Position numbers and translations under genes: made by a program. The notes below the pieces were generated by a model, which was not told where the DNA came from, did no database searches, and saw nothing but the letters and a program-made list of their open reading frames with translations. From an uncultured Candidatus Binatia bacterium (GTDB lineage: Bacteria; Desulfobacterota; Binatia; UBA9968; JAJDTQ01), in NCBI GenBank assembly GCA_965213675.1, contig OZ243916.1, forward strand, positions 864,001 through 928,000: a stretch of 64,000 nucleotides of DNA, in the 5' to 3' direction. This document shows positions 28,062 to 42,092 of this stretch, piece by piece. Numbering within the stretch: position 1 is the stretch's first letter; each line of letters opens with the position of its first letter.

Positions 28062-28475
28062 TTACAGAAACAGTTCCCGGACGGACGCGGGAATGGCAAC
28101 CGCGCGCATGGACCGGGGTTGCGCGCCGGCCAGCGCCGCCCACGCGCGCGTCTCATGGCCCTCCACCGCAGGCTCGCCCTCGCAATCGATGCGGTGCTGC
28201 ACCACGAACACTTTCTCGCGCCAGGACTCCACCCAACTCTCCATACGTATTCGCTCGCCGTGCCGGCAGGGACGCAGATATGTGGCGCCGGTTTCCAAAA
28301 GGGGCAGGCCGATGATGCCGTAGTGCTCCTCCATGGCGCGGTAGGTCAGGCCCGCGGAGGCGAACAGCCGTTCCGTGGCGCGGTCGAACCACTTGTAGAA
28401 GTTGGGGTAGAACACGATGCGGGCGGAGTCGCAGTCGGCGAACTCCACCCGGCGATCGGATACAAAGCGTTTCAA
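28062..28475 (-). CDS. 4-hydroxybenzoyl-CoA thioesterase (hotdog) family protein
   Basis: EFADCD.A.IVFYPNF..WFD motif; TTG start after GGAGG. Confidence 0.88.
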   Translation of the reverse strand: MKRFVSDRRVEFADCDSARIVFYPNFYKWFDRATERLFASAGLTYRAMEEHYGIIGLPLLETGATYLRPCRHGERIRMESWVESWREKVFVVQHRIDCEGEPAVEGHETRAWAALAGAQPRSMRAVAIPASVRELFL

Positions 28476-28591
28476 GGACCCGCCTCCGTTCCGGCGCGGA
28501 TGCGCCGTCTTCAGGCCGCTCGCCGAAAAGCTACCTTCAGTTCCGTCACGTGATGGTGTAAATTGGCCGGTCAAGGAACCGGACGCCATTC

Positions 28592-30199
28592 ATGCGCAGT
28601 CTTTTCATCGCGTTGACGGTCATTATTATAGTTGTCGCCGCAATGCTAGGTTGGGCGCTCTACAATATCGACACGGTCGTCAACTGGAACAAGGACCGGA
28701 TCATGGCCGCGGCCTCGCGGCGCATCGGCCGCAGCGTCCAATTCGATCGCGTGCATGTCCATCTGCGAGGCGGAACCCGGGTCCGCATCCTGGGGCTCGC
28801 CGTTTCCGAGGGCCCATCCGCGGGCTCCGAACGCTTGCTCGAGGCTCCGGAAGTCCGGGTGGGTCTCCAGCTTCGTTTTCTGCGTCCTCGAATCACGGTG
28901 ACCCGCGTCGAGGCGGCCGGCGCTGTCCTCCACTACCGCGACGGCCGCCGGCACCTGCGGCTGCAGGATCTCGAATGGCACGCCGACGCCCACGGTGACG
29001 GCGCCCGCCTGCGCTCGCTTCGCTTCCGCCTGGGCCAGGCCGAATTTTCCGGCAACGGAGTGATCGAGAGCTTCACGCCGCTGATCGTCACCTGCGACCT
29101 GCGCGCGCCGCAACTGCGCATGGCCGACATCCAGGTCCGACCCGCGGACGGTGTGCTGGAAGAGGTTCATGCCTCCGGGCGCCTCGTCTGGAAGCAGGAC
29201 CCGGCGGGTGGCGGAACCCTGACCGCGTCCCGTGGCAAACTCATGGGAGTCGACTTCAGTGATCTCGCGGCCACCGTCGGCGTGGCCCGGCCGTGGTTCG
29301 CATTGGAGTCCCTTCGTCTCAAGGCGCTCGACGGCACGCTGGAAGCCAATGGACGCATGCAGGTCCGGGACGCGCCGTTCCCGTTCGAGGCCGAGTTGCG
29401 CGTACGCGGCCTCGACGCCGGCGCTTACCTCAACGGCGCCGGCGCCCTCCCCCCCACCGAAGGGACCCTGAAAGTCGACGTGCGCGTCGCCGGTCAAGGG
29501 CGCACCTGGAACGCCATCAAGCCCACGCTCACGGGAACCGGCAAGGCCGCGGTTCTTGAAGGCCGGGTGCGGGAGTTCAATCTGGCCGAGGAGGTCCTCG
29601 AAGGCGTCACCGGCATCCAGGGCTTGACCGGGCTCTTCAGCCGCCGCCTCAGGGACCGCTATCCGCACATCTTTCAGCGCGGCACCACCGTCCTGGAGCG
29701 GCTGGACGGAGAGTTCGAGGCCAAGGGCGGCAAGGTGCTCATCAAGGGCGTCACCTTGAAGGCCAAGGACTACGGCCTCACCGGCTCGGGCTCGGTGGCG
29801 CTTGACGGCGCCACCGATGTCCACGGCGTCCTGACCCTCTCCCCGCGGTTGTCCACCGACCTGGTGCCGCCTTCACGGCTCGACTCCATGGCCAACGACC
29901 GCGGCGAAGTGGAACTGCCCTTTGCCGTCAACGGCACGGCGCCGAACGTGCGCGTGAAACCCAAGCGCCAGCTCGTGACGCGTTTGCTCGAAGGACGCGT
30001 CGGCGCGCGCCTGGGGAAACTGCTGGACCTTTTCTCCGGGCCGGAGACCCCCCAAGAAGCGGAAGAACCCCGTGCCACACAGGAAAGCCCCGAGGCATCG
30101 GAGAAGAAACCGGAATCAGCGCGCGAGACCCAAGAGGCCGGCAAACGGCTGCAACAGCTCATCGACCGCGGACTCAGGATCTTCCGCAACAACGATTGA
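28592..30199 (+). CDS. AsmA family protein
   Basis: N-terminal TM anchor, N..KD.I......IGR, Gly-rich beta repeats and LP..V.GT...P C-terminus. Confidence 0.8.
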   Translation: MRSLFIALTVIIIVVAAMLGWALYNIDTVVNWNKDRIMAAASRRIGRSVQFDRVHVHLRGGTRVRILGLAVSEGPSAGSERLLEAPEVRVGLQLRFLRPRITVTRVEAAGAVLHYRDGRRHLRLQDLEWHADAHGDGARLRSLRFRLGQAEFSGNGVIESFTPLIVTCDLRAPQLRMADIQVRPADGVLEEVHASGRLVWKQDPAGGGTLTASRGKLMGVDFSDLAATVGVARPWFALESLRLKALDGTLEANGRMQVRDAPFPFEAELRVRGLDAGAYLNGAGALPPTEGTLKVDVRVAGQGRTWNAIKPTLTGTGKAAVLEGRVREFNLAEEVLEGVTGIQGLTGLFSRRLRDRYPHIFQRGTTVLERLDGEFEAKGGKVLIKGVTLKAKDYGLTGSGSVALDGATDVHGVLTLSPRLSTDLVPPSRLDSMANDRGEVELPFAVNGTAPNVRVKPKRQLVTRLLEGRVGARLGKLLDLFSGPETPQEAEEPRATQESPEASEKKPESARETQEAGKRLQQLIDRGLRIFRNND

Positions 30200-30278
30200 A
30201 CCGGGGAGCCCGCCGGGTTCATCGAGCGCAACGCCCTCCGGGAAGACCACCCGGGCCCGCGCGGCAGGAAAGCACCCG

Positions 30279-32519
30279 ATGTGGGACAAGGCAGTCAGGC
30301 AGCCGCCAACCAGCATCGAACAGATCCAGGGCTTCGTGGAGCGGGTCACCTTCCATGGCGAGGACAGCGGCTTCTGCGTCCTCCAGGTGAAGGCCCGCGG
30401 CCAGCGGGACCTGGTGACGGTGGTGGGCAGCGCGGGCGCGGTGAACGCGGGCGAGGAGATCGATTGCCAGGGGGGCTGGGTGAACGACGCCACCTATGGC
30501 CTCCAGTTCCGCGCGGCGACCCTGAGAGTCATCCCTCCGACCACCCTCGAAGGCGTTGAAAAGTACCTGGGGTCCGGACTGATCAAGGGCATTGGCCCGC
30601 ATTTCGCCCACCAACTCGTCAAGGCCTTCGGCGGCGGAGTGTTCGACGTCATCGAGCGGGAACCGGAACTTCTGCGCACGCTGGAAGGCATCGGCGCCAA
30701 GCGTCAGGAACGCGTCGTCGAGGCGTGGCGCGAGCAGAAGGCCATCCGGGAGATCATGGTCTTCCTCCACTCCCACGGCATCGGCAACGCGCGCGCGGCA
30801 CGCATCTACCGGGTCTACGGCGACGACGCCATCGAGCGCATCCGCGAGAACCCCTACCGGCTGGCTCTGGACATCCACGGCATCGGCTTCCTCACGGCGG
30901 ACGTGATCGCGCGCAAGCTGGGCATTCCGCCGGATTCGATGATCCGCGTGCGCGCGGCCCTGCGCCACGTGCTGTGGGAGATGTCGGCCGAAGGCCATTG
31001 CGCGGCCGCGCGGCCGGACCTGATGGAGCGCACGGTGGAGCTTCTCGAAGTGACGCCCGCGCGGGTGGAGCAGGCCATCGGCCTGGAGGTGGCGGCCGAG
31101 AACCTCGTGGGGGAAACGGTGGGCGGCGAACCGGCGCTCTTCCTCACTCCGCTTTATCGCGCCGAGACCGGCGTGGCCAGCCATGTGCAGCGGCTTATGC
31201 GCGGCGGCCCCCCGCCCTGGGGCAAGGTGGATGCCGCGCGGGCGATTCCCTGGGTGGAGCGGAGCACGGGCTTGAGGCTATCGGAGTCCCAGCGCCGGGC
31301 AGTGGCAACCGTGCTCCACAGCAAGGTGACGGTGCTGACCGGCGGGCCGGGGGTGGGCAAGACGACCATCGTCGACAGCATCCTCAAGCTCGTGGAGGCG
31401 CGGCGCGCCCAGGTGCTGCTGTGCGCCCCCACCGGGCGCGCGGCCAAGCGCCTGTCGGAGTCCGCCGGGGGCGAAGCGCGGACCATTCACCGCCTGCTGG
31501 AGTTCGATCCCCGGCAGATGGGCTTTCGCAAGGATGAGACCGATCCCCTGGACGTGGACCTGCTGGTGGTGGACGAAGCCTCCATGGTGGACGTACTGCT
31601 GATGAACCAGCTTCTCAAGGCGGTGCCCACCCACGCCGCGGTGCTGTTCGTGGGGGACGTGGATCAGCTCCCCTCGGTGGGGCCGGGCGCGGTGCTGCAG
31701 GACATCATCGAGTCCGGACAAGTGCCCACGGTGCGCCTCACCGAAATCTTCCGCCAGGCCGCGTCCTCGAGCATCGTGGTCAACGCGCATCGCATCAACG
31801 ACGGCAGCCCCATCGAGACTCCGGACGCGAGCGGGGCGCTGCAGGACTTCTACTTCATTCCGGCGGAGTCCCCGGAGGAGATCCACGACAAGCTCTTCCA
31901 GGTCGTGACTGAGCGCATTCCCAAGCGCTTCGGTCTGAGCCCCATCCGGGACATCCAGGTGCTGACCCCCATGAACCGCGGCAGCCTGGGCACCCGTTCG
32001 CTCAACGTGGAGCTGCAGAAACGCCTCAACGCCGGCGCCGAGCCCCAGGTAAGCCGTTTCGGGTGGAGCTATGCGCCCCGCGACAAGGTCATTCAGACCG
32101 TCAACAACTACGACAAGGATGTCTTCAACGGCGACATCGGCCAAGTATCCCAGGTGGACCTGGACGAGGGGCAGCTTCACGTCCTGTTCGACGACCGCAC
32201 CGTGCCCTACGACTTCACCGAACTGGATGAAATCGCCTTGGCCTACGCCACTTCGGTGCACAAGAGCCAGGGCTCCGAGTATCCCGCCGTGGTGATCCCA
32301 TTGGCCATGCAGCACTACCTGCTGCTGCAGCGCAACCTGATCTACACCGCGGTGACCCGCGGCAAGCGCCTCGTGGTCATCATCGGCCAGACCCGCGCCC
32401 TCCGCATGGCGGTGGAAAACGCCCGCGCCACGCGCCGCCTCACCAACCTCTCGGCCCGTCTCGCAGGGGCGACCGGCGGTCGCCCTGGCCGGCCACCACG
32501 CGAGGAAGGCTCCGGATGA
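30279..32519 (+). CDS. recD2: ATP-dependent RecD2 (TraA-type) DNA helicase
   Basis: YLGSG.IKGIG HhH, ENPY.L, GGPGVGKT, APTGRAA, DEASM, GDVDQL, HKSQGSE and YTAVTR motifs. Confidence 0.95.
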   Translation: MWDKAVRQPPTSIEQIQGFVERVTFHGEDSGFCVLQVKARGQRDLVTVVGSAGAVNAGEEIDCQGGWVNDATYGLQFRAATLRVIPPTTLEGVEKYLGSGLIKGIGPHFAHQLVKAFGGGVFDVIEREPELLRTLEGIGAKRQERVVEAWREQKAIREIMVFLHSHGIGNARAARIYRVYGDDAIERIRENPYRLALDIHGIGFLTADVIARKLGIPPDSMIRVRAALRHVLWEMSAEGHCAAARPDLMERTVELLEVTPARVEQAIGLEVAAENLVGETVGGEPALFLTPLYRAETGVASHVQRLMRGGPPPWGKVDAARAIPWVERSTGLRLSESQRRAVATVLHSKVTVLTGGPGVGKTTIVDSILKLVEARRAQVLLCAPTGRAAKRLSESAGGEARTIHRLLEFDPRQMGFRKDETDPLDVDLLVVDEASMVDVLLMNQLLKAVPTHAAVLFVGDVDQLPSVGPGAVLQDIIESGQVPTVRLTEIFRQAASSSIVVNAHRINDGSPIETPDASGALQDFYFIPAESPEEIHDKLFQVVTERIPKRFGLSPIRDIQVLTPMNRGSLGTRSLNVELQKRLNAGAEPQVSRFGWSYAPRDKVIQTVNNYDKDVFNGDIGQVSQVDLDEGQLHVLFDDRTVPYDFTELDEIALAYATSVHKSQGSEYPAVVIPLAMQHYLLLQRNLIYTAVTRGKRLVVIIGQTRALRMAVENARATRRLTNLSARLAGATGGRPGRPPREEGSG

Positions 32520-32578
32520 AGCCCAGGGGTGACGTAACGCAGCCGGCGGCAAAACAGCAGATTCGTCAACGTATTTCC
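32518..32578. repeat. Degenerate ~60-bp repeat related to 48622-48692
   Basis: Reverse complement aligns as ACGTTGAC...TTT.GCCG.CGGCTGCGT..CGTCACCCC.GGGCTT. Confidence 0.6.
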
Positions 32579-32714
32579 CAAACGCCAAACCAGGCTCGAG
32601 ACCAACGGTGATGGGCTTGCCGATCCATCGTTCGGTTCCTGGAGCGGATTATTTGACAGTCCGCGCGTCTTTCGAGTACAGCACAGCGGGACGGCACGAC
32701 GAGGTGAACCAACC

Positions 32715-34163
32715 ATGAAGACACTCATTCAAGGCGGCTGGGTGGTGGGCTACGACGGCCGCGGCCACGAGCTGCTGCCTGACGGTGTGGTGGTGTACGA
32801 AGACGACCACATCGTCCACGTGGGTTACGGCTTTGACGGACCGGTGGAACGCACCATCGACGCGCGCGGGCGGCTCGTCAGCCCGGGGCTCATCAACTGC
32901 CACATCCACGCGGGCACCAACGCCCGCCACGTCATGCTGAACGACGCCAGCAAGGCCGACTACCTGGGGATGAATTTCCTTTCCTACGGGGCCATGCGGC
33001 GCGGCGCCAAGGGCATGGGGCCGCCACCTCGTGCCGACGTCGAGGGGAAGTTCGGCGTGTGGGCGGCCATGCGCGGCGGCGCCACCACCATCCTGGACGT
33101 GGGCACCCGCGGGACCATGATCGAGGGTTTCACCGAGATGATCGGGGAGTTGGGCGCCCGCGCCTACCTCGGCGCCGGCTATCGCAGCGCCGCCTACGTA
33201 CTCGACGATCAGGGCCGCATTCAGTGGGACTGGAACGAGGCCAACGGCGAACAGGGGCTGGCGCAGGCCGTGGCATACGCGAAGCAATACGACGGCGCCC
33301 ACAGCGGACGCATCCGCGCCATGCTCTATCCCGGACAACTGGACACCTGCACGCCCGAGCTGCTCCAGGCCACCAAGCGCGCCGCGGGAGAACTGGGCAT
33401 CGGAATCCAGCTTCATACCGCCATGAACATCGTGGAGTTCCAGTCGAGCCTGCGCCAGCGCGGGGTGACGCCGATCCAGTACCTTCACGACCTCGGGTTC
33501 CTGGGCGAGGAGATCATCCTGGGACACTGCGTCTTTCACGGCCGGCACTCGTGGTGCCATTACCCCTATGTCGACGATCTGGCGATCCTGGGGGACAGCG
33601 GCGCCTCGGTAGCCCACGCCCCTTACAAGTACGCCAAGATGGGCATCGCGCTGGAATCCTTTGACGCCTACCGCCAGCGCGGTATCAACGTCGTGCTGGG
33701 CACGGACACCTTCCCCCAGGACATGGTGCATGAGATGCGCCTGGCCGGCCTGGCCTGCCGCCTGGTGGAAGGAAGCTTCCGCGCAGGCAAGCCCTATGAC
33801 GTCTACAACGCCGCCACCCTTGGGGCCGCCAAGGCCCTGAGGCGCGACGACCTGGGACGGCTGGCGCCGGGCGCCAAGGCCGACATGATCCTCGTGGACC
33901 TGGGCCGCACCCACTTCGGCGCCGTGCGCGACCCCATCAAGTCCCTGGTGGAGGGCGGCAGCGGCAGCGACATTCAAACCATCATCGTGGACGGGGAGAC
34001 GCTGCTGGAAGACGGCCGCGCCACGCGTTTCGATGAAGCCGGGTTGCTGGCCCGGATCCAGGAAGGCGCCGGACCGCTGTGGGACTCGGTGCCGGAATGG
34101 CGCGCCCTGGGCGAGACCATCGATGACGTGGCCCCCATGAGCTACCCGGTGCGGCCGCGCTGA
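32715..34163 (+). CDS. Amidohydrolase (SsnA/chlorohydrolase-like deaminase family)
   Basis: PGLINCHIH, LGH, LGTD, AT.GAA.AL and G.LAPGAKAD motifs. Confidence 0.9.
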   Translation: MKTLIQGGWVVGYDGRGHELLPDGVVVYEDDHIVHVGYGFDGPVERTIDARGRLVSPGLINCHIHAGTNARHVMLNDASKADYLGMNFLSYGAMRRGAKGMGPPPRADVEGKFGVWAAMRGGATTILDVGTRGTMIEGFTEMIGELGARAYLGAGYRSAAYVLDDQGRIQWDWNEANGEQGLAQAVAYAKQYDGAHSGRIRAMLYPGQLDTCTPELLQATKRAAGELGIGIQLHTAMNIVEFQSSLRQRGVTPIQYLHDLGFLGEEIILGHCVFHGRHSWCHYPYVDDLAILGDSGASVAHAPYKYAKMGIALESFDAYRQRGINVVLGTDTFPQDMVHEMRLAGLACRLVEGSFRAGKPYDVYNAATLGAAKALRRDDLGRLAPGAKADMILVDLGRTHFGAVRDPIKSLVEGGSGSDIQTIIVDGETLLEDGRATRFDEAGLLARIQEGAGPLWDSVPEWRALGETIDDVAPMSYPVRPR

Positions 34164-34266
34164 AACGCCGGTCGCCTCAGCGAAGCGTCCATCCGGCGAG
34201 GACAACGGGAACAGGCCGCCAGGCCCATCCGCCCCTTGTGGACACGAAGCGTCCGAGGAGGCCGTC

Positions 34267-35070
34267 GTGCCGACCATCGAAAGACAAGGCGTCACACTCT
34301 ACTACGAAGCCCACGGCGCGGGCCGTCCGTTCCTGTTCCTCAGCGAGACGGCGTGCCACTGTGACGTGTGGAAACTCCACCAGGTACCCGAGTTCTCCCG
34401 CGACCATCAGGTGATTCTGTGCGACTACCGCGGCACCGGCCGTTCGACGTCGCCGTCAGAGCCTTACAGCGTCACGGACTTCGCTGACGACGCGGCCGCG
34501 GTCCTGGAACACCTGGGCGCGCGCGACGCCATCGTATGCGGCCATTCCATGGGCGCTTCGGTGGCCCAGATCATGGCCCTGGATCACGCCGACCGGGTCT
34601 CCGCGCTGATCTGCGCGTCTGGCCGGGCGTCCAACCCGACACCGGGCATCCCGCTACGCATCGCCAGAGAGATGGTGGAGTGGGGTTACAGAGGGTACCT
34701 GCGCGAGCACGGCATCGCCGTGGGCTTCACCGATGCGTTCGTCCAGCGATACCCGCACCGCGTGGAGGGCTACCTGGCGGTGCGCATGGCGCACCTCAAC
34801 CCGGTGGAACAATATTTTCGCCACGTCATCGCGCGCCAGGCCCACGACGTGAAGGGACGCCTCAGCGAGATCCGCATGCCCGCGTTGATCCTGGTGGGCG
34901 CGGACGAGCACAACGTCACCAGCGACACATCCTTGCGGCAGGCCGCCGACGTGTTGGCCGCCGGAATTCCGGGAGCGGCATTCGTGGAACTCAAGGACGA
35001 GAGGCACAGCTATTTCTTCGTGAACCCCGACGCGGCCCACGCCGCCATCCGGAGGTTCCTGGCCTCTTGA
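34267..35070 (+). CDS. Alpha/beta hydrolase (enol-lactone hydrolase-like)
   Basis: DYRGTGRS, GHSMG nucleophile elbow and C-terminal His. Confidence 0.88.
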   Translation: MPTIERQGVTLYYEAHGAGRPFLFLSETACHCDVWKLHQVPEFSRDHQVILCDYRGTGRSTSPSEPYSVTDFADDAAAVLEHLGARDAIVCGHSMGASVAQIMALDHADRVSALICASGRASNPTPGIPLRIAREMVEWGYRGYLREHGIAVGFTDAFVQRYPHRVEGYLAVRMAHLNPVEQYFRHVIARQAHDVKGRLSEIRMPALILVGADEHNVTSDTSLRQAADVLAAGIPGAAFVELKDERHSYFFVNPDAAHAAIRRFLAS

Positions 35071-35140
35071 CCGGGAACCGGCCGGCGCGGCGCTACGCCG
35101 CCCTGACGCCGCCGCCGACGCGGCCGGCGGGAGAACAAGG

Positions 35141-35575
35141 ATGAACGCGATCTTTCAAACGGAACCGAACCTGGCCTTCGTGGTCCTGCGCCTGGGCCTC
35201 GCCGTGACCTTCTTTGCCCACGGCTCGATGCATCTCTTCGGCTGGTTCGGCGGCCGGGGCATCAAGGGACAGACCGGCAATTGGCGCGACAAGTATCACA
35301 TTCCCGTGTGGGTGGGCGTCATCGGCATTCTCGCCGAAGCGCTCAGCGTGCCGGGAATGATCCTGGGGTTCTTTACCCGCCCGCTGGCGTTGGGGTTGCT
35401 CATCTTCCTCGCCATCGCCACCTGGAAAAGTCACGTGGAGTTCGGCTTTTTCCTCTCCGGCGGCGGCCGCAAGGGCATGGGCATCGAGTACTGCCTGGCC
35501 CTCATGCTGATGGCGCTGGCGCTCCTCATCGGCGGCGCCGGAGCGCTGTCCATCGACGGGATGCTGGCTGGATAG
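35141..35575 (+). CDS. DoxX family membrane protein
   Basis: LR.GL...FFAHG, LG..TR, G.EY and GAGALSID motifs. Confidence 0.92.
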   Translation: MNAIFQTEPNLAFVVLRLGLAVTFFAHGSMHLFGWFGGRGIKGQTGNWRDKYHIPVWVGVIGILAEALSVPGMILGFFTRPLALGLLIFLAIATWKSHVEFGFFLSGGGRKGMGIEYCLALMLMALALLIGGAGALSIDGMLAG

Positions 35576-35876
35576 GATCGCTGCGCGACTCCCGGGGACT
35601 CCGGGGAGTTGTCCGCCCCTCGGCCGAGCCTGCATGAGGTGTCAGGTAGTGGGATCTCCGGCGGCGTGAGCCCGATGACGTGCATCCCGGGTGCGGCGCT
35701 GCCGGGAATGCGTCTCTTGGCGGCCTCCTGCGCCAACCATTTTTCCCCGTGGTGGCGCGGCGCCACTGCTCGGATGGGAGACCAGTGCTGGTCGAGTCCA
35801 TGGGACACGACCAGCGCCGGCGGAGGTGCAAGTCGCCGGCAACGTTCGCTTCGAGATCAACGGAGTTCCCCGCCGG

Positions 35877-36161
35877 TTACGAGGTCCGCTTCCGCGAACC
35901 GGGCGCGGTTGAGCGCTGGGTTCGACGGCCTCCGGTTCGGGAGGCCTCCGTGGATTCGGTGCGCTTTCCTTTCCGGGTCTTGCGCGCCGCGCGCCGGCGG
36001 CGCACCCAGGCGATGAGCCTCCTGTAGACGATCCAACCGGCCACGGCGGCGATCCAGACCGGGGCGCTGGTCTGGAGGATCACGTCCCGGTCCCGGTAGA
36101 GCAGAAAACAGAGCAGGGTCCAGCCGACGCTGAGCCACAGGAGAACGATGGCGGAACGCAT
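35877..36161 (-). CDS. Small putative membrane protein (2 TM plus basic tail)
   Basis: ATG about 30 nt after the Mo-enzyme stop; two hydrophobic segments. Confidence 0.5.
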   Translation of the reverse strand: MRSAIVLLWLSVGWTLLCFLLYRDRDVILQTSAPVWIAAVAGWIVYRRLIAWVRRRRAARKTRKGKRTESTEASRTGGRRTQRSTAPGSRKRTS

Positions 36162-36189
36162 GAGTTCTGAGAGGGCGGATGTTGCCGTT

Positions 36190-39652
<3,463 letters not shown>

Positions 39653-40528
39653 TCATCGGGTTTCCCGCACCCGCGCGGCATCGGGAATACCCGGCCGACC
39701 CCACCGCGCTCGCGTTCCACGTTTCCCGGCGCCTTCGCGGAGAATGCGCTGGATTCGCTGCAGCCCCCCGCCGTCCTCGGCTTCCAGGCGAACCCCTGGG
39801 GGCAGCCGCTCGATGCGTTCCCGCAAGTTGGCGATACGAGCCGACGTCGCCGGATGGCTCGACAGAAAGCCCGGCGCGGAGCGGCCTTTCTCCTGGCGCA
39901 GCGTTTCAAGGAAGCTGACGAGCCCGCGCGGATCGTAGCCCGCCCGGTACAGGAGGTCCAAGGCAACGGCGTCGGCTTCATGCTCGGCCTCGCGGCTGAA
40001 GGTATTGAGATATCCCATGGCCGCCACCCCCCCGGCAGCAGCGGTGGCCCGGCCCGCGCCGGTGCCCGCGGCCATACGGACAGCGGCCGCGCCCGCCCGC
40101 CGCACAATGTGGGTGGCGATGGCGCGACTGAAGTTGCGGGCAACGTGGCGCTTGACCACATGCGCGATCTCGTGGGCGATGACCCCGGCGAGTTCGCTCA
40201 CGTTGCGCGCCTTGAGCAGGGTGCCGGTGTAAAGGTAGATGTGGCCCGCCGGAGCGGCAAACGCATTGACCTCTCTTCCAGGGATAACCTGGAAGGTGCA
40301 AGTGAACGGCTGGGGTCCCGCCTGACGGAGAAGCCTCGTGCCGATGGCGGAAATGTACCGCGCAACGGTGGGGTCGCGCACCAAGTCGGTATTTTGCTCG
40401 AAGTTGCGCGAGAAGTCGGCGCCCAGTCTGCGCTCGTCGTCGACGCTCAAGGGGGCACAGGCCCCCAAAAACGTGGCCACCAGCAGCAGGGATCCCAGCG
40501 CCGACCGGACAGTTCCGGGAAAACGCAT
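39653..40528 (-). CDS. M48 family metallopeptidase (BepA/YfgC-like lipoprotein)
   Basis: Lipobox-like LGAC, NAFA, HEIAH, SR..E.EAD and SHP motifs. Confidence 0.9.
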   Translation of the reverse strand: MRFPGTVRSALGSLLLVATFLGACAPLSVDDERRLGADFSRNFEQNTDLVRDPTVARYISAIGTRLLRQAGPQPFTCTFQVIPGREVNAFAAPAGHIYLYTGTLLKARNVSELAGVIAHEIAHVVKRHVARNFSRAIATHIVRRAGAAAVRMAAGTGAGRATAAAGGVAAMGYLNTFSREAEHEADAVALDLLYRAGYDPRGLVSFLETLRQEKGRSAPGFLSSHPATSARIANLRERIERLPPGVRLEAEDGGGLQRIQRILREGAGKRGTRARWGRPGIPDAARVRETR

Positions 40529-40655
40529 CGCCCAAGACTAGCCGCCGCAACCTTCCCTTTCAAGCTTGGCTGGCGCATCTCGGACCTGGCCGCGGAGCGG
40601 TAGCTCACCGCCGGGGGATTTCCCCAACGCCTTCGGTTGCGTTAGAATCCGCACC

Positions 40656-41348
40656 ATGGCTCCCGATCCAAAAAAGCTGGCTGGCAGGCATGCCGCGGAG
40701 TATGTCACGCACGACATGATCGTAGGCTTGGGAACCGGCTCAACGGCTTGGTTCGCCATCGAACGGCTGGCCGAGAGGATCCGTGAGGAGTCATTGCGCA
40801 TCCGCTGCATCCCCACGTCCGAGCGTTCGGCAACCCTGGCGCGGGAACTGCACATTCCCCTCACCGGCTTCGGGGATGTGCTGCACGTGGATATCACCAT
40901 CGACGGCGCGGACGAGGTCGACCCCGCGTTCAACCTCATCAAGGGCGGCGGCGGAGCGCTCCTGCGCGAGAAGTTCGTTGCCTCCGCCAGCGCAACCGAG
41001 TTGATCATCGTTGACGAGAGCAAGTTGAAGGAGCGACTCGGGGCCTTCCCCCTGCCCGTGGAGGTGACGCCGTTCGGCTGGCAACTGACGCGGCAACGCC
41101 TGCGGGACCTTGGCTGCGACGCGCGTTTTCGCTCGTCCGGCAACGGCCCCTTCGTGACCGACAACGGCAACTACATCCTGGACTGCTCGTTCGGAGTCAT
41201 CCACAACCCGCCCGCGCTGGAGCGTAAGATCGTCGGAACCTGTGGTGTGGTGGAGTGCGGCATCTTCAGCGGGCTCGCCACCCGTGTCATCATCGGCAAG
41301 TCCGACGGGAGTCTGGAGGAGCGGACGGAGCCCGGGAAGCCCGCATGA
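40656..41348 (+). CDS. rpiA: Ribose-5-phosphate isomerase A
   Basis: GLGTGST, DGADEVD, KGGGGALLREK and TDNGN motifs. Confidence 0.97.
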   Translation: MAPDPKKLAGRHAAEYVTHDMIVGLGTGSTAWFAIERLAERIREESLRIRCIPTSERSATLARELHIPLTGFGDVLHVDITIDGADEVDPAFNLIKGGGGALLREKFVASASATELIIVDESKLKERLGAFPLPVEVTPFGWQLTRQRLRDLGCDARFRSSGNGPFVTDNGNYILDCSFGVIHNPPALERKIVGTCGVVECGIFSGLATRVIIGKSDGSLEERTEPGKPA

Positions 41349-41357
41349 CCGGACCGG

Positions 41358-41684
41358 CTACCAGCGGTTCCGGCCTCCGCCGCCGCCGCGGTTGTCGCCA
41401 AATCCACCGCGGTTGTCGCCGAAGCCGCCGCGGCGTTCCTGAGGACGCGCCTCGCTGACCGTGAGCTTGCGTCCCCCCAATTCCGAGTCGTGCAGAGCCT
41501 CGACGGCCTGTTGCGCCTCGTCCCCCGATGACATTTCCACGAAGCCGAATCCCCGCGAGCGGCCCGTGAACTTGTCGGTGATGATGCGGGCGGACACCAC
41601 GGTGCCGTGCGCGGCAAACACGTCCTGGAGTTGATCTTCCGTCGTCGAATAGGGCAGGCCGCCCACGTACAGCTTTTCGTTCAT
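41358..41684 (-). CDS. RRM-domain RNA-binding protein with RGG-rich tail
   Basis: RNP2 LYVGGL, RNP1 RGFGFVEM and GGFGDNR repeats. Confidence 0.95.
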   Translation of the reverse strand: MNEKLYVGGLPYSTTEDQLQDVFAAHGTVVSARIITDKFTGRSRGFGFVEMSSGDEAQQAVEALHDSELGGRKLTVSEARPQERRGGFGDNRGGFGDNRGGGGGRNRW

Positions 41685-41835
41685 GCTTTCCTCCGTTCTT
41701 CTTCTTTTCAACCCCGCGACAGTACACGATGAAAGCCGAACGCTTGCGTAACGATCAAGGCTCCCGAACCGGCTTGGGTCTTGCACGGTCTCTCACAAGG
41801 CCAAAAGATTTCGTTCATTGGTAGACCCGAAGTCT

Positions 41836-41865
41836 CTTATATTTTCCTGCCAGCCTCTTTGTCAA
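41836..41865 (-). promoter_or_regulatory. Sigma70-type promoter of the RRM gene
   Basis: TTGACA-N18-TATAAG in an AT-rich stretch; the 14-bp tandem repeat TGTCAACTGAATCA duplicates the -35 box. Confidence 0.6.
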
Positions 41866-41927
41866 CTGAATCATGTCAACTGAATCAACCGCGAATCGCA
41901 AATTGCATTCGCAAATGGATCACCGCC

Positions 41928-42090
41928 TAGTGTGGTGTCTGGTTAATTCGGGTCATGATCTGCGGAGGATTTTTTGTTGTCGGCAAGGCGCGATGACGAG
42001 CAGTGGCGTGTACCACGCGAGGAAGAGCAACGCAGCCGACGGCGAAATAGACCCGCAGATTATGACCCGAATTAACCAGACACCACACCA
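41928..42090. mobile_element. 163-bp MITE-like palindromic element, copy 2
   Basis: Same length, TIRs and core as 25236-25398. Confidence 0.85.
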
Positions 42091-42092
42091 GG

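Noticed and set aside
30279-32519. RecD2 or TerB/Nudix as a phage-defence system
   Set aside because: Ordinary chromosomal forms with no partner nuclease or defence-island context.
35600-35870. Short ORFs between doxX and the small membrane ORF
   Set aside because: No motif, RBS or coding-like composition I can support.
41385-41430. 21-bp tandem repeat
   Set aside because: It encodes the GGFGDNR repeats of the RRM tail.
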